DNA from: Camelus dromedarius
Taxonomy: Eukaryota
Direction: 5' to 3'
Assembly: GCF_036321535.1 (NCBI RefSeq)
Contig: NC_087437.1
Location: 62,126,001 to 62,190,000 of the forward strand
DNA length: 64,000 nucleotides
Below, one piece after another: positions 1 to 13,214 of this stretch. Both the position numbers and the translations under genes were made by a program. Positions within the stretch are counted from its first letter, which is position 1. Each line of letters begins with the position of its first letter. The notes beneath the pieces are model-generated. The model was not told the origin of the DNA. It made no database searches and was given only the letters and a program-made list of their open reading frames with translations.

Positions 1-830
1 GGGTTGCTAAGCTTGAAAGCGTAACTAAGCGGCAATATTATGGGTACTGAGAATTTATAAAATGCCAGAACCAATTTACAGGTGAAAGGGGAGCGTCATG
101 TGTCCTGGGGAGGTCACAGCCGATGTTTCTTCAGCCCCCTGGGAAATCAGTGTGAAAGAACGACAAACTCAGTATCTGACACAAGTGGGTTTTTCCTTCC
201 CCACCTCCCCTCCAAATATATGAGCACTAAATTTCAACGTCTACTCAGGTGAAAATTGCTTTGCAATGAAACTTATCACATTGAAATTTTCACTGTTAAA
301 TAAAAAGATATTTGTGATATTTTTAAATACAAATTTTCACATCAGTAGTCAACAGCCTGGCAATTGAAATTCGGTAAGTAAATATATTTTAAAATACATT
401 TTACCTTCCAAAGAGAATTGTTTTCAAACAATTGGGAGGATTTTTTGTTGTTGTTTAAATGCGTTTTTTTATTGTCATTGTAAAAATAAAATTTTGCTTG
501 ACCCCATATTATGCCATGAATGAATTGCTGAGCCTTTATAATACAATGAAAGCTTGTTTCATGCATAATCATGGAACACAGAAATGTTCTTTAAACTGAC
601 CTATTCATTAAGAGGTTTAACGAGTTTCACAGCTTCTGGCATTACTGTCATGTAGTTAACCTTGCCATTTGGAGTTTATAATACTATTTTATGTATTGTG
701 ATACTAAAGGAAGTTGTTTTGTTTTATTTTTAATTGAATTATTAGACTAATTTATATTTGCAAATTCTGCATTTTAAATGTGGACACTGGCTGTTTGAAA
801 AATAAAATACAGAATTCAGTTTTATGAATA
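1..830 (+). other. ZNF148: Probable distal end of upstream gene 3' UTR (ZNF148 by synteny) with polyadenylation signals
   Basis: AT-rich, no recognisable repeat or meaningful ORF. AATAAA at 299-304, 485-490 and 801-806. In human, ZNF148 ends about 10-15 kb upstream of SLC12A8 on the same strand (recalled). No coding sequence is visible, so the identity is inferred. Confidence 0.5.
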
Positions 831-3284
831 ATTTCCTAGCTGAATTTTTCACAATATTCTGAACCAAATAACTAATGGTAAATTTATTTAAAAACCATGG
901 TAAGAGTAATAGTAAAAAGAGAAAAAAAGATGTCTGAATGGAATTAACAGTTCATTAGACAAACTGGGTAACAGCAGGGCCTTTACTGTAGCTCTGTGTA
1001 GAATGTTACTATTAGGCAGTTCTAAAATGCAGGAGTCAAATGTTAACTGTCATCCAGTATTTTAGACTTGAAATATGTCTAATGTGGAGCTAAGAATATA
1101 TGTGATTTTTTTCTTTATGGATAATACTCAGTTAACTTACATGGGATTTTCTTTTCCATTAGTGAAGATTTGTTTTCATCCACTTACCTCCTTGCCGGTT
1201 CCCCCTGCCTATCTTGTGGCCAGTGGGACACCTTGTAAGAAAGCTGTCTGCAGCTAGGAGTGCAGTTTGGGTCCTTGGGACAAACAGAAACGAATTGGCT
1301 TTTGCAGGGGTTAGTTCCAGGACCCTGACTTTATTAGCATGGTGCTTTAGCTTATTGTATATGTTAACACCACTGATAGTGTACTACTCTGTTTCCTAGA
1401 TCCCAGTTTTTCTTGAATGATAGGAATGGTAGGGAGAGGGGTGGTGAGATACTCTGCATGATAGTTCTCCCACCTTCTGAAGACTATGAGAAAAAATAAA
1501 ATTGAAATCATTTGAATTAATGTGTTACGTTACTGAGTCTTACTTGACATTTTATCATGCGCAAAAGGAGTATGAAGATTTTTATAATTACATGTTTGGA
1601 TAGAATTAAATTTTTCTGCAGAGTGCTAGCAATCTCACACGCTTTGATTAACCTGATATGGTATTGGAATCAATTACATTCATTTGATGGATAAAGAATC
1701 AATGGAGTGGAAGAGTTTTAAGTGAACTAAAAGTAAATTTTGAGTCTCAGAATTTTAATTCTTTTGTCATTTTCAAATGGCCTTAAAAGGACATTTACAG
1801 TAAAAACATTTTATGAACACACTCTTGCAGATGTATATGCATATGAGTAAGAGCTGGGATGTGAAATGTGATACTGTAAATGACAATGACATTTTCAAAG
1901 TGATTTTTCAAACTACTAGAAGAATCCAAGTTTAGAAATGGTCTTGAATTGTGAAATAGAGAATATTTGAGCCTTTGCATATCCACCCATTTATTCAGAT
2001 GAACTTTTAAAGTTGTAACTTTCTTAATTTTCCCTAGCTTCTCCCGTTCTTAGTAAGATTCTGAAACTATGATGCCTGTGTCAAAGTGGTGAGGGGGACC
2101 AAAGAATGTGTAATTTGTGATAGTAATTGTGTTTTCTGTTGATCTGAATCCTTGCTGGGGCATAGTATTCAGCACTGATCACCTACTTTGTAACAGGCAT
2201 TGTGCTAGATGCAAATAATAAATGGTTGAGGCTACTAGCTTCTTTATTTGAGTATCTGAATGGTATAATGGTATCAGTTGCAGGATGCAATATTGTTGTA
2301 CCTTAGATTATTAAAGCGAATATTCAGTGTTATGTTGAGTGCTGTGCTACTTAACAAATGGGTAAGTAGTAGTGTTTCTCATTTTAGGGTATTTTCTAGA
2401 CAAGTTGAATAAATAAGATCTAGAAGATAGGAAATACATACAAACAGATACAGTGGAAATGGAAGGCATTTTTAAAAAATCATCCCCTAATTAAAATATT
2501 AAACTTATGAATAGGATTCAGTCCTGGGCCATGGAAATGAGACAGTAGGCTTTGTTCAGAAGCACTGACCTGTTAACAGAAATGGAAGATTACCACTATA
2601 GGGATTCACAAACCTGAGGGTGAAAATGCACTAGAGGATCACCTATATTTCAGTGGGGTGTTGGGAATGGATGCTGGAGGATGCTTTCCTGAAAGCAGGA
2701 AAACCAGTGCTCTTAGTCATTCTAGCACATCCTTCACGGAATGGCATTTTAAACCTGTTGAAATCATGCACTGTTGGTTAGTACCCAGACGATGATACTC
2801 CACAGGACCCTAATTATCTGGTGTTCTCTTTTCCTTAACCATTTTCTTCAAGGTGTTCAGGCCACTGTAAAAATTTCCCTTTAAACCTCCAATATGATGG
2901 TTTTCCTTTGTTTCTTTATGGGAACTCCTGCACTGTCACGTAGCTTGTCGGTGACAATATGAAGGTTAAGACTGATAGCTAGAGCACAAAATTAAATGTT
3001 AAAAAGAGGACACAACTGAGTAGATGCTTTCAGAACAACTGGGGACTCCACAGGAGACACTGGCTGGGAGCCCTTGCCTGTGCAGTTTGTGGAGTTGGCC
3101 CTCGTGGTTTGAGAGCAGGTGACGGCACTCAAAGGCAGCGTAACCAGTGCTGCACTGGACAGCTTCAATGAGCTGTGCATGGCTTTGCTGAGGAGGATTG
3201 TGAGATGGAGGACTGTAGCTGGTGATGTTCTGCAGGCTGCATGGGCAGATAAGGAGCAGTGAAATGAGCAAGGGACGTAGACCT

Positions 3285-3450
3285 TCGAGTTGTGGCTCTG
3301 CCTTGATCTACCTATATAACGTTGTACAAGTCACTTATCCTTCCTGAGTCTCAGTTTTTTCACCCGTAAGATGGGGATAATAAAAATCCCTTTGAGAGCT
3401 GCTGTGAATATCAAATTATTTGAGATAATATGTAAACTGTAAAAGCACAA
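3285..3450 (+). mobile_element. MIR SINE remnant
   Basis: MIR core 'caagtcacttatccttcctgagtctcagttttt...gtaagatggggataataa'. Confidence 0.7.
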
Positions 3451-3544
3451 ATGTTCCCTAGTTTGGATTTCAGAAGTGGCACAAAGGCAAAGCAGAACAG
3501 AGTTGGACAAGTGTTGGAAGTTTCGTTTCATGAAAAGCAGCAAA

Positions 3545-3665
3545 TGGAATAAATTCCTGACTTGCTGACAATATCATCTTTCAGAAACATCTGAGAGAAT
3601 CTGCCTGTCTGGATTTAACTGACCAACAAGGAATAACTAGTTAGTGAGGTTGAAGTGACAGAAAT
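3545..3665 (+). mobile_element. L3/CR1 LINE remnant (another piece likely at ~5675-5760)
   Basis: 'aaattcctgacttgctgacaat...ctggatttaactgaccaacaaggaataactagttagtgaggttgaagtgac' resembles the recalled L3 ORF2 consensus. Confidence 0.45.
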
Positions 3666-4899
3666 TTTGTAAATTTATGATTCCATTATCAGAGACCCTG
3701 AAAGGGATGGGACCTTGTGGAGAACACTGTATATTGCAGTGAATGAAAAACAAAGTCACTAGACATGCAGAGGGGAAAAAAAAAAAAAAAGGCAGAAACA
3801 TCATCCCACAAAAGCAAGAACATATTGGACTTTTGAATCCCAAGCTATTGGCTAGTCATGAACAGGAACCTGGCTGTCCTGGAGGCAAAAACAAAAGTCC
3901 TGGACGTTTGGAGCACTGCGGCCAGCTTCACCAGGCAGGAGGCAGGCACATGTGTCTGTGTGGATGCAGTGGGCTTGCTCCCTCACCTTTTTCTCTTACA
4001 TTTGTTTTCCTTCCACCATTTCTGTTTATTCTCTGCTACCTCCTTTGTTTTCTTCTTCTGAGTGGCTATATGTGCCATAACAGGTATACCTACAGCAGAA
4101 ACAGCTGATGGATGGTGTGTGGTGCCCAGCCTTCCATGCAAGTTAGGTTTATTTATCTTACCTTTTTTAGTATTAACATTTCAGGAGAATTCAAAACATT
4201 GTTCATCAGGAAAAGATTGTGGAACTCCTGGATTAGTTTGTAAGCTTCTTGAGGGCATTTTTGTTCACAGAATGTAGAACCATCCCTCACACATAAGTAG
4301 ATCTGAGTGAATGAATGAACAATGTTAGAGAATAAAAGAGGCATTAGCAGTGAAGGTATCAGAAATGGTGTGGAGGATGGATGGCATTAAGGTGATGCTG
4401 TGATCAGGGAGCCTGGAGATGCTAGATTTCTGCACTCGACTACAAACTTCCAAACAAGATCCCCAAAGGAGATGCATGAAAGAATCAATGGCTAGTAGGA
4501 AACAAGGTATCTTCTCATGTGTTGGACCTGTTTCCCAGCCTTCATGTACAAATGGGCCAGAGTATGTGGCCAGGACTACAGGCTTCTAGAGCCATTTCCT
4601 TCCCCTTGGCACCTTATAACCCAGAGAAATGAGGGCATCTCAATATATGAGAAGAGTAAAGAGCAAGCCAGCCAGGATTTCATCAATGAACAAGTGGGTC
4701 CCAGCCCTTTCCTCACCTCAGTTGCATAGGAACAAAGAAAGGAAAGAGCTAAAAAGAACCATGTCCACACATCTGGCCTGTCAATGGAAAGTGACCTTGC
4801 TCACTGCTGGATGTGGCTCAATAAATGTACTATGATCTCATCAGTCAGATTGGCAACTCACAGATGCAGTGAGTTGTGAATATTCCTCAAATTCTCTCA

Positions 4900-5545
4900 A
4901 ACACTCCCTCTCTTTGCCACTTCTGCAGCCCAAGCCACCCTCAAGTCTTGCCTGGTCTCCTGCAAGTTTCTGCACAATGAGTCTTGTTGGCCTCCAGTAC
5001 TTTCTCCAGATAGCAACCATGCCGCAAACCTTCAGAAGCATCTCAGTTGCTACCTGGATAAATACGAAGCTCCTTACCTTGGTCCTGCATGGTTGGTTGT
5101 TGCTCATAGCCCCAGCCTCCCCCACAGTGAGCCTCTCATCCTCTCTGCTCTTCACTGCTGAACTGCCTTCAGCCTCTCATACTTGCTTATGACCCCTTCT
5201 GCCACAATGACACAGTTTTCTATATTCCCCCCACCCCCAACCCTGATTCAGCCCCAGCATCACTTTCTCAGAAAAGCTTATCCTAATCTCCCTGATCAGG
5301 TCATAACCACCCTCCCCCTGTGCCACCTGCAACCCCCACCACTACCCCTGCCCAGAACCATTTCAGAGTCTTGGACCACCCCATGCAGTTCTTTCCTAGC
5401 ATAGTTGGCTGTTTGTAGCGATCTGCTTATTTGTGTGAGAATTTGATTTCATTTCCTGCCCATCCAGAGCCATCTTGCTCCCATTGTGTGTCAGCGTTGG
5501 TGCAGTGCTTGGCACTCAACAGATGTCTGGTGAATATGGTTGAAA
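4900..5545 (+). mobile_element. L2 LINE remnant
   Basis: Pyrimidine-rich degenerate L2 body ending in an L2-like tail 'gcagtgcttggcactcaacagatgtctggtgaatatggttgaa'. Confidence 0.5.
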
Positions 5546-6907
5546 GAGAGCGCCCAGGCCCTATGAGTTACACCTGAGGGTGCAGAGAGCTTGCAGGTGG
5601 TGTGAAGGAAGCACTGCTGGGGAGTTTGAGACTGCGGATAGCAGCAAGTGGGGCCAGGAAACCTATCATGTGAATTTCAAAATGAGAGGGAAAAGAGTGG
5701 ATTTTGAAAACAATGGATAGCTGAATTGGATTTCAATCTCCAGCAAAATTCTAGAATGTTCATAACAACTTTGCCAGGCAGGCTTGGTGGGTTGTATCAC
5801 TAACTCCACATTACAAATGAGGACACTGAGACTCAGACACATTGAAGACCTCAGACAATATCACATAGTGGAAAGGAAGATCCAGGACTCAAACTCAGAC
5901 CTGACTTTTCTCATCTGGACTCTTGAAGGTCTGTCACTGGGTCTTCCATATACGATATTTAAGCAAAGGTGAGTGCTGATTGCACTGTTGTCACAGTTCA
6001 GTAAGGTTGCCACCACCATCAGCCATAAGATAAATTGGACCCTGTTCATTCAGCTTCTCTTTGAACCTTGTGTTTTCTCATGGTCCCACCAGGTTCTGGC
6101 TCATGCCAGATGACAGGTGGCTGATAGAGAATGCCTTTCTCTTGTCCAAGGGCAAACCCTCAGAGTCAACAAATTGCTTAGATCCTGGAGGAGAAACCTG
6201 CTCAACAGGAGCTGGGGACATCTGACACAGGACAGTGGCGGCTCCTCCCTCTCCACTCAGTCCAACCAGGAAAGACATAGCAAGACCAGCCTCCCATGGG
6301 TCCTGTCCCATCTCTCTGGGAAATTGGGAGCTTTCAGGCTCTGTGAGGGGCTGGTACTTCCATCAGGTTTGCATCTCCTGAGTCACCCTCTTCCAACTCC
6401 TGGTAACACCTGACGGCCCTTCTGATAGACTTCCTTTTGCAACTGGGGCTCTTGGAAATGCACTGTAAAGTGCAGGAAAAAGGAAAACCTTTTTTTTTTT
6501 TGTCTTATCTCTTAACCTGGATTAGAGAGGTTGTATTGTGCAGAGGAGAGAGCCAAGTATTGGAACTAAACCTGGTTCAAAAGCCAGCAAACTTTTCTGA
6601 GTGTGTGCATAATATCTGTGAAGTTTTAGATAGGCAAGCATGCCTCAGGGAAGTGCATCACAATGACAAACAAAAGAAAAAAAAGTATATGTTAATTATA
6701 TAAATATATATAAATAAATATAATTATATAAATATATATATGTATAGTAAGTTACTTGTGTTTTCTGAACAAATGTTTCACCAGTTCTCCTTGTCATTGA
6801 AGATTAATCTGAAGTAAGACCACTGTGGACAGGATGTATGCTCTCTCTCAGGGATTTTAGAGAAGAGAGAAAAAATAAAACCCTGAAATGATTGAGCTAG
6901 AAATTCC

Positions 6908-7030
6908 ATAGTTTTCAACCTTGGCTGTACTTTAGAATCACCTGAGGAGTTTGAAGAAAATACTGATGCCCAGACCCCCCCAGACTCAGGTATTTTCTGA
7001 AACCACTCCCAGGGGACTATAAAGCGCAGC
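6908..7030. mobile_element. MER5-type hAT-Charlie MITE remnant
   Basis: 'ttttcaaccttggctgtactttagaatcacctgaggagttt...aaaatactgatgcccagacccc' is the characteristic MER5 start. Confidence 0.7.
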
Positions 7031-7536
7031 CTGGGGAGAGGACCACCAGACTCGCTCACCCGCCTTTTGCAGCCTTTCTGACCCTGGTTCTAGGGCCTAG
7101 GCTGTGAGATATGTCTTTGTAATTATACGTATTTATATCTTGATTTAATGTTTTCAACCTGTTTTCACCTTTCTATTATTGGTTTACTTTGTCCAAGCTC
7201 TGGTCCCTCCCCAGGGTTCAAACTTTCTGACAAGTGAGGTCATTTTTCAAGGCACAGTTTCTTCTCCAGTCTTCATACAGAAGGCAATTCCTAGCACCAG
7301 CCGCTGGGAAGGAACAAGATGAAGAATCTTCTGTCTGCTGAGCAGGGTAAGACCCACAGAAAAACCACCTCACTACGGTGGGCTTCAACTCCAGCTGGCA
7401 TGGTTCCTGAACAGAAAAAAAGGTGAGTTTAAGAAAATACAATGGCCCTGTAATAACAGTAAATTCAAACAATTTGAAATGAATTTTAAAAACTGTGAAA
7501 GGAAACAAAATTTTTTTACCTTGGTTAGATGCACTA

Positions 7537-8095
7537 TGTATTTGCTATCTATAGCCGAATAACAAATTACCCCAAAACTTAGTGGCCTAAAACAACAATA
7601 ATTTATTATCTTTCATGGTTTCAGTGGTCAGGAATTCAGACAGAGGCCAGAAAGCACAGCTTGTCTTTGCTCTGCAGTGTCTGGGACCTCATCTGGAAGA
7701 ATCTAAGGCTGGGGACTTGAATCATCATCTGAAGGCTTGTTTCACTCACTTGTCTGGCAGTTGATGCTGGCTACTGGTGGAAACATGTGGCCTCCCCATG
7801 TGGCCTGGGCTTCCTCACAACGTGGTGGCTGAATTCCATGGGTAAGTGCTCTGAGAGCAAGGAAGCCAGCTGGACTCCCTACTGCCCTTATGATCTAACC
7901 TAGGAAGTCAAACAGTGGCATTTCTTCCATTTCTTCTACTGGTTGAGGCACTTACAAAGGTTTATTCAGGCTCAAGGGGAGGGAATATAGACTCCCATCT
8001 CTTTTTAAAGGAATGTCAATGTCATATTGCAAGAAGAGCATATGGGTTGGAATATGTTAGTGCAGTTATCTTTGGAAAATGCAATCTGCCCCACA
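7537..8095 (-). mobile_element. MaLR solo LTR (MLT1 family)
   Basis: 'aacaaattaccccaaaacttagtggcctaaaacaacaataatttattatc', 'cctccccatgtggcctgggcttcctcacaacgtggtggctg' and an end of 'aatctgccccaca'. Confidence 0.75.
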
Positions 8096-9177
8096 TTGTC
8101 TTTTAATTTTCTTACTCATTTTTTTTTTCAGATTCCAAAAATAACACGTGCTCATTGTAGGAGAAAAAAATCAATAAAAATCCAGAATTTGTACACCAAA
8201 GTAGATTTCCTCTTCCACTTTACTATCTCAATCCTCCTCCTTAGAGATAACCACTATTAACAGACTGATGTGTATTTTTCCATACAAACTATATACATAT
8301 ATGCACTACTTTTTAAAAAAATAACAAACTATACACATTAATCTACAACTTCCTGTTTTTACTCATTATTATGTGATGAACAGATTTTCATGTTAATACA
8401 CATAAAAAACCTCATTCTTTCTAATGTTGGCTGTCATAGTATGGCTGTACCATAACTTATTTAATCAATCTTCTATTAATGGACTTTAGGGTGTTATAAT
8501 TTTTTAAAAACTTGCTACAAATTAATGATGCAATGCATATCCTTATACTAGGTCATGTAGGGTATAATATCTTAAAAATGGAATTGTTCTATTTGAAGGT
8601 TATGTAGGATACTATTTTTAAATATAAGAGTGTTGTTTTTTTAACAGTTAATATTATTGTTATGAGATAAATCTACACTAAGCAGGATACACTTTTTCTT
8701 TGCAAATGGACAGGTTTCTCTAGCCTTAACAGGAAGAAAAGAAACAAACATTCGTTCTTAGGTGTAGAAGATGCTCATAAGCTTCAAAGGGAACTTCTCA
8801 CTTATTTTGAAAATGATAAGTGACAGGAAGTAGGTGGTTATGAGCAGAGAGGTGGGTCTCCTTTTCTAATGTTTTTAACTTAGGCTGATATAGAATTGAA
8901 TGTGGATTCTTCAAAGTTCACATTGACACTTCGAGGGAGGCTCATCAGATGGTGATAGCAAACAGGAAACTGTCTTGAGGCAAAAAACAACAACAACAAA
9001 AAAACCCCAGAGAATAATAAAGATGGCACTACTCTCCATAGAGATGTAATATATAAATAAATAGTGCATTCCAATAACATGCCCACCTATCCATCATTTG
9101 TTTACAAGTGACTAATCTGTAATTTATTCGGGTTCTTTCCTCTTACAGAAATGGATTATAAAAACTTCTTTGCTGGG

Positions 9178-9535
9178 AATGAAGTTTTGACACATACCAC
9201 AGCATGAGTGAACCTTGAGGACATAATGCTAAGTGAAATAAGCCAGACATAAAAAGGACATTGTCTGATTTCACTTATATGAAGTATCTTGAAGAAGCAA
9301 TTTCATAGAGACAGAAAGCAGATTAGAGGTTACTACTGGCCAGGAGTAGAGAGGATGGGGCATTATTGCTTAGTGGGTACAGAATCTCTGTTTAGGGTGA
9401 TGAGAAAGTTTTGAAAGCAGACAGCAGTAATGTCTGCACAACATGATGAATGTAACTAATACCACTGAATTGTACACTTAAAAATGGTTTAAATGGCACA
9501 TTTTATATTACATATCTTTCCACACCAAAAAATAA
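9178..9535 (+). mobile_element. Old L1 (L1MB-like) 3' end fragment
   Basis: 'gaaccttgaggacataatgctaagtgaaataagccagaca...ccactgaattgtacacttaaaaatggtt' followed by an A-rich tail. Confidence 0.8.
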
Positions 9536-9899
9536 AAACCCTTTGCTGGAGCAGGAGAGGTTGGGGCTCTGTCAGTGTTCCCATGGCTTTGCCTTCCCTT
9601 TTGTTTTTAAAATAACAACCTCTATTTTTAGGGATTTTCACACAAAGGCTCATGTGGGCGTGGGAAGTACTCCCAGCTGCCCTTCTGTTCCTCAGAAGCC
9701 CACATGGAGGCCTAGTAAGTTATTTCAGGCTTAGGAAATATGCCAGATTGGAAATAGAGATAATTTCATCTCTCTGTATGTTAATTTCTTTTTCTTTTTT
9801 TTTCCTGCGGGCCAGGGACCCTGGAAACCTTACTTCGCCCCCCACACCCCCTGCCGGTTCTGGGAATTACTGAAGGCGATGAGGCGAATTCCTCCCCAC

Positions 9900-10950
9900 A
9901 CAACAGCATGCCCTTTCTTGGCGAAAGAATTCCACTTCCTGTGAGACTGAGGGTCACCTGCTGGAGTAGCCGCTGCACTCTAGGATCCCTGGAGCGCTGT
10001 CTGTCTCTTGTCCAGACGCTTTTGCACCTGCGCAGGGGGCTGCGGACCAGTGGGAGACGCGGGCTCCTCCACCCCTCCAGCCTTTCTCACTCTTGTGTGC
10101 AGTGTGATACGCAGGTCCTTAAAAGGAGCTGCAGTGAGTAGGTTCGCGTCCTGTTTGTCCCCCTAACCCCAGGGCTGGACACCTCGGCTGGGTGCGTTGA
10201 ACGAGTTGTCGAGGGCGGCGGCGGCAGTGGCTGGTCGAGTCTGAGAGCTTGCGGGACCTCCCCCTAACCTCCCCACCCGCCAGTCCCTGCCCAGTCGCTC
10301 CCCACCCGGGTCGAGATTGCGGTTCCCTTATTCTGGGAGCCCTCCTGGGCGGCTGGGAGTGTGCGGGCACCGTCCTCGGGGAAGGGAAGTCTCCGCGGCC
10401 CCCTCCTTCTCCACCTGGACCCGAGACTCGTGGCCCGGGTGCCCGTGCCCGGGCGGGACGCCTTGTCAGCGGGACAGCTGGGCCCCGCGCTGCGAACACC
10501 TGGTCAGCCACGTGGCGGTGGGGCGGGGACTGGGCGGGCCCCGCGCTAGGTGCTGGCGTGCCGGGAACTGGTGCGGGCGGACGCCGAGCGGCTGGTGGGT
10601 GGGGAGTGCGCGCGGTGGTCTAGGGGCGGCTGCTTTCCTGCCGGGAGCTCTGTCCTGTAGTCCTGGGGGCACTTGGGTCACCTTGGGCCCCCTGCTCAGG
10701 TAGGCCCCCTCGTCCTCACCTGGCACGTCTGCATACGGCCAAGCAGACACCCGCCTCCGCCCGGCCCAAGATTCCTGAGAGCTTGGTACTGGCGGCGCCT
10801 AGGCTGGAGGGGGCGTGCGCTGCGCTGTCTGGGGTTCGCGTAAGTCGGGGTACCGCAGGGATACAGGTCCCAGCTCTGACCCAGACTCCAGGGGTCGGGG
10901 CTCTGGCTCCGGAGCGGGTCTCGGTAAATCTCGGGGTCCTTTCACCACGT
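9900..10950 (+). promoter_or_regulatory. SLC12A8: CpG-island promoter of SLC12A8
   Basis: Sharp rise in GC and CpG density 0.4-1.4 kb upstream of the first coding exon. GC boxes GGGCGG at 10521-10526 and 10532-10537; palindromic E-box GCCACGTGGC at 10507-10516; Inr-like TCACTCT at 10087-10093. Confidence 0.85.
10089..10133 (+). other. SLC12A8: Putative non-coding exon 1 of SLC12A8
   Basis: Inr-like element with A at 10089, then a consensus donor GCA|GTGAGT (GT at 10134), ~1.2 kb before the exon 2 acceptor. The TSS is inferred. Confidence 0.55.
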
Positions 10951-11320
10951 GCAACCAGTTCTAGTGAGATGATGGTGCTCTTGCCCTGGACCACTGGGTT
11001 CACAAGGAAGGAGAGGAGTGTAAAACTGTGTCCTCAAGGGCTGGGCCATTGGCTCTGACCTCCATATTGAAGGAGCTCGGGGAAGAAAGAGAACTGGGGG
11101 CAGCTGTGGCTTTAAAAGGACAGCAAAATTTGAGTAGAGGGAGGCTCTGAAGGATGAGTGGGCTCTGTTGGGGTACCAAAGAGGGAAGGGGATGTTTCCA
11201 GATGAGGCAGAACAAGGTCCCTTCCTTAGCCAGGGCCTTGTCTGATTTAGAGGAAGGATGGGCAATAAGGATAGAGGGAAGGAGGAGTCAGCCTGACCAA
11301 GGATGGTGTTTACCTTCCAG

Positions 11321-11374
11321 AGGGGTCTCCCCACCCAGACCACCAGGACCCCCATTTCTACCAGAACGGCCCAG
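11321..11374 (+). other. SLC12A8: SLC12A8 exon 2, 5' UTR part (includes ACG at 11366-11368, the position of the orthologous start codon)
   Basis: Acceptor 'gtgtttaccttccag|' with AG at 11319-11320, contiguous with the coding part. Confidence 0.75.
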
Positions 11375-11416
11375 ATGTCTCAAGTGCAGGAACTCTTCCT
11401 CGAGGCAGCCCAGCAG
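11375..11416 (+). CDS. SLC12A8: SLC12A8 first coding exon (MSQVQELFLEAAQQ)
   Basis: Matches the recalled human N-terminus MTQMSQVQELFHEAAQQ. Phase-0 donor CAG|GTAGGC at 11417. Confidence 0.9.
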
Positions 11417-13214
11417 GTAGGCCTGGGTGGTGTGGGGGGTCTGTGAGTATAGGGTCACCAGACAGGAAGCTGAATGGAAACATTACAGTGCACTTTAAAA
11501 GTAATGGTCTCAGAAGTTTATTTTGGTATTCCAGCTTAATTGAGAAAATATTGCAGTCAACTCTTAACCATCTGTGTGCAAAAACGTCTCTGGTATTTGT
11601 AGTGGATTTTGAATCCTGGACACTCCTCCCCCAACCCATGGAGGGTTTCCATGAACAGAGGACTCAGATAATATCAACTCTTTAATATTGAATCAAACCA
11701 ATGTAAGAAGGTAAATTTATTTCTGAAAAACTCATGTATGCTGAAGCCAAATAGATTTCTGGATTCCCTGATGTCTGCAGGTTTTCGTTTTTCTTTTTCT
11801 TTATCCTCTCCCTGTTGATGATTAGTTATAGTAAATATTCAGTGTAGGTATGGAACTGAAGTGGCTGTCCCTAGAAACAGAGAGTTAAACCCTTAAAAGC
11901 AAACAAACCATACTTGGATGTTTATCAGGAAGCTACTTGCACCCAGGGTCTTGGCTGTATAATGATCGCTCAGCCTTGAAGTTTTCACTGTCCCTTGCAT
12001 TTTTCTCATCTTTGTAGAGAGGGGCAGGAGGGTCCCCTGGCATTATAACAGGGGGAATGAGTCCCCCAAGAGGGGAGAGAATCAACTCATGGCCTTACAC
12101 AATAGCAAGAGAGCAGGGTCCCAAACCTGGAGGTTTTGAGCCAAAGGACAGAGGCTGGTGAGGCAGATGGGGTTCAAGGTTGGGGTGGGGGAATCCAAAC
12201 TGGCTAGTTACCGCCTCTTCATGTGCACAGGTACACATGAAAAACACAGCAGGATGGCTGGCAGGTGGCCAGTGCTCAGCAAAAGGTATCGCTGTCGCTC
12301 CCCTTCACCCTGGCAGGCCCAGAGCTGTATCCTGCATCCTGTCCTGAGCTCCTTACACCCAGCCCTGGAAGTATTCAAGCTGCTTTAGGAATGGGTGCTC
12401 AGAGACTTGGAATAGCTCCTCAAAGATATTTCAGAACTCTTAGCCACAGCTGTTCGCTCCTAGGCAAAAAGGCACGTGGCCATGTTTTTAGTGTGGTCGA
12501 GGAACCTTGGAAAGACCTTGATGTGTCAGAAGTCTTCCACTTTATTTAGCTTAACCAGTCTCTCTACATACTTGCCATGCATTTTCTTTGGATGCATACC
12601 TGAGTGTTTGTGCACCTAACAGACACTTGTGGACTACTTGCTAAAGAACGGGTGCTGTGTTAAGCATGAAACAAGATACCCAGATGGAAAACATGAGGCC
12701 CTTGTCTCCAGCGATTCCAAAAAGAGAGACAAGACAATTCTTGGTTCAACTCTGTGAGAGGGATCCATTAAGGCTCAGCTGGGATCCTCTCTCCTCTGTT
12801 TAAAACCTTCAGTGGCTCCCTGTGTCCACCCAGAGTTCAAACTCCTTAGCTTGGGTCCTGCACAGTCTGACCCAGGCTGAGTTTTGAGCCTGGTCCCCTG
12901 TATCTTCCTCTTTGTGCCCCACCTTCCGGCCAAAGGTCAGCATTCCCCAGGCTCTGTGCTCATATCTTTCCCCTTTGCTGGTCTTTGCTGAACTTCTCTC
13001 TCAGCTGCTTTGTCATTGGCACCTGAGGCAGGGCCTGGCATTTAAGCGGACAGTAAATGCTAGTTGACTAACCAAATGAACAAGAAGCAGATGACCACAG
13101 TGCAAGTTAAATTGCCCTGAGTGCCGTAAGAGAGAGTTGATTTTTTAAATGGTGGATGTAAATGCCTCTATGTCACCTCCCTCTCCCTCTCCCTCAATCT
13201 CCGAACACTGAGGG

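Noticed and set aside
6688..6745. AT-rich duplicated unit taattatataaatatatata
   Set aside because: Low-complexity slippage repeat with no evidence of function.
10119..11003. Multiple 90-130 aa ORFs on both strands
   Set aside because: A by-product of stop-codon depletion in the CpG island.
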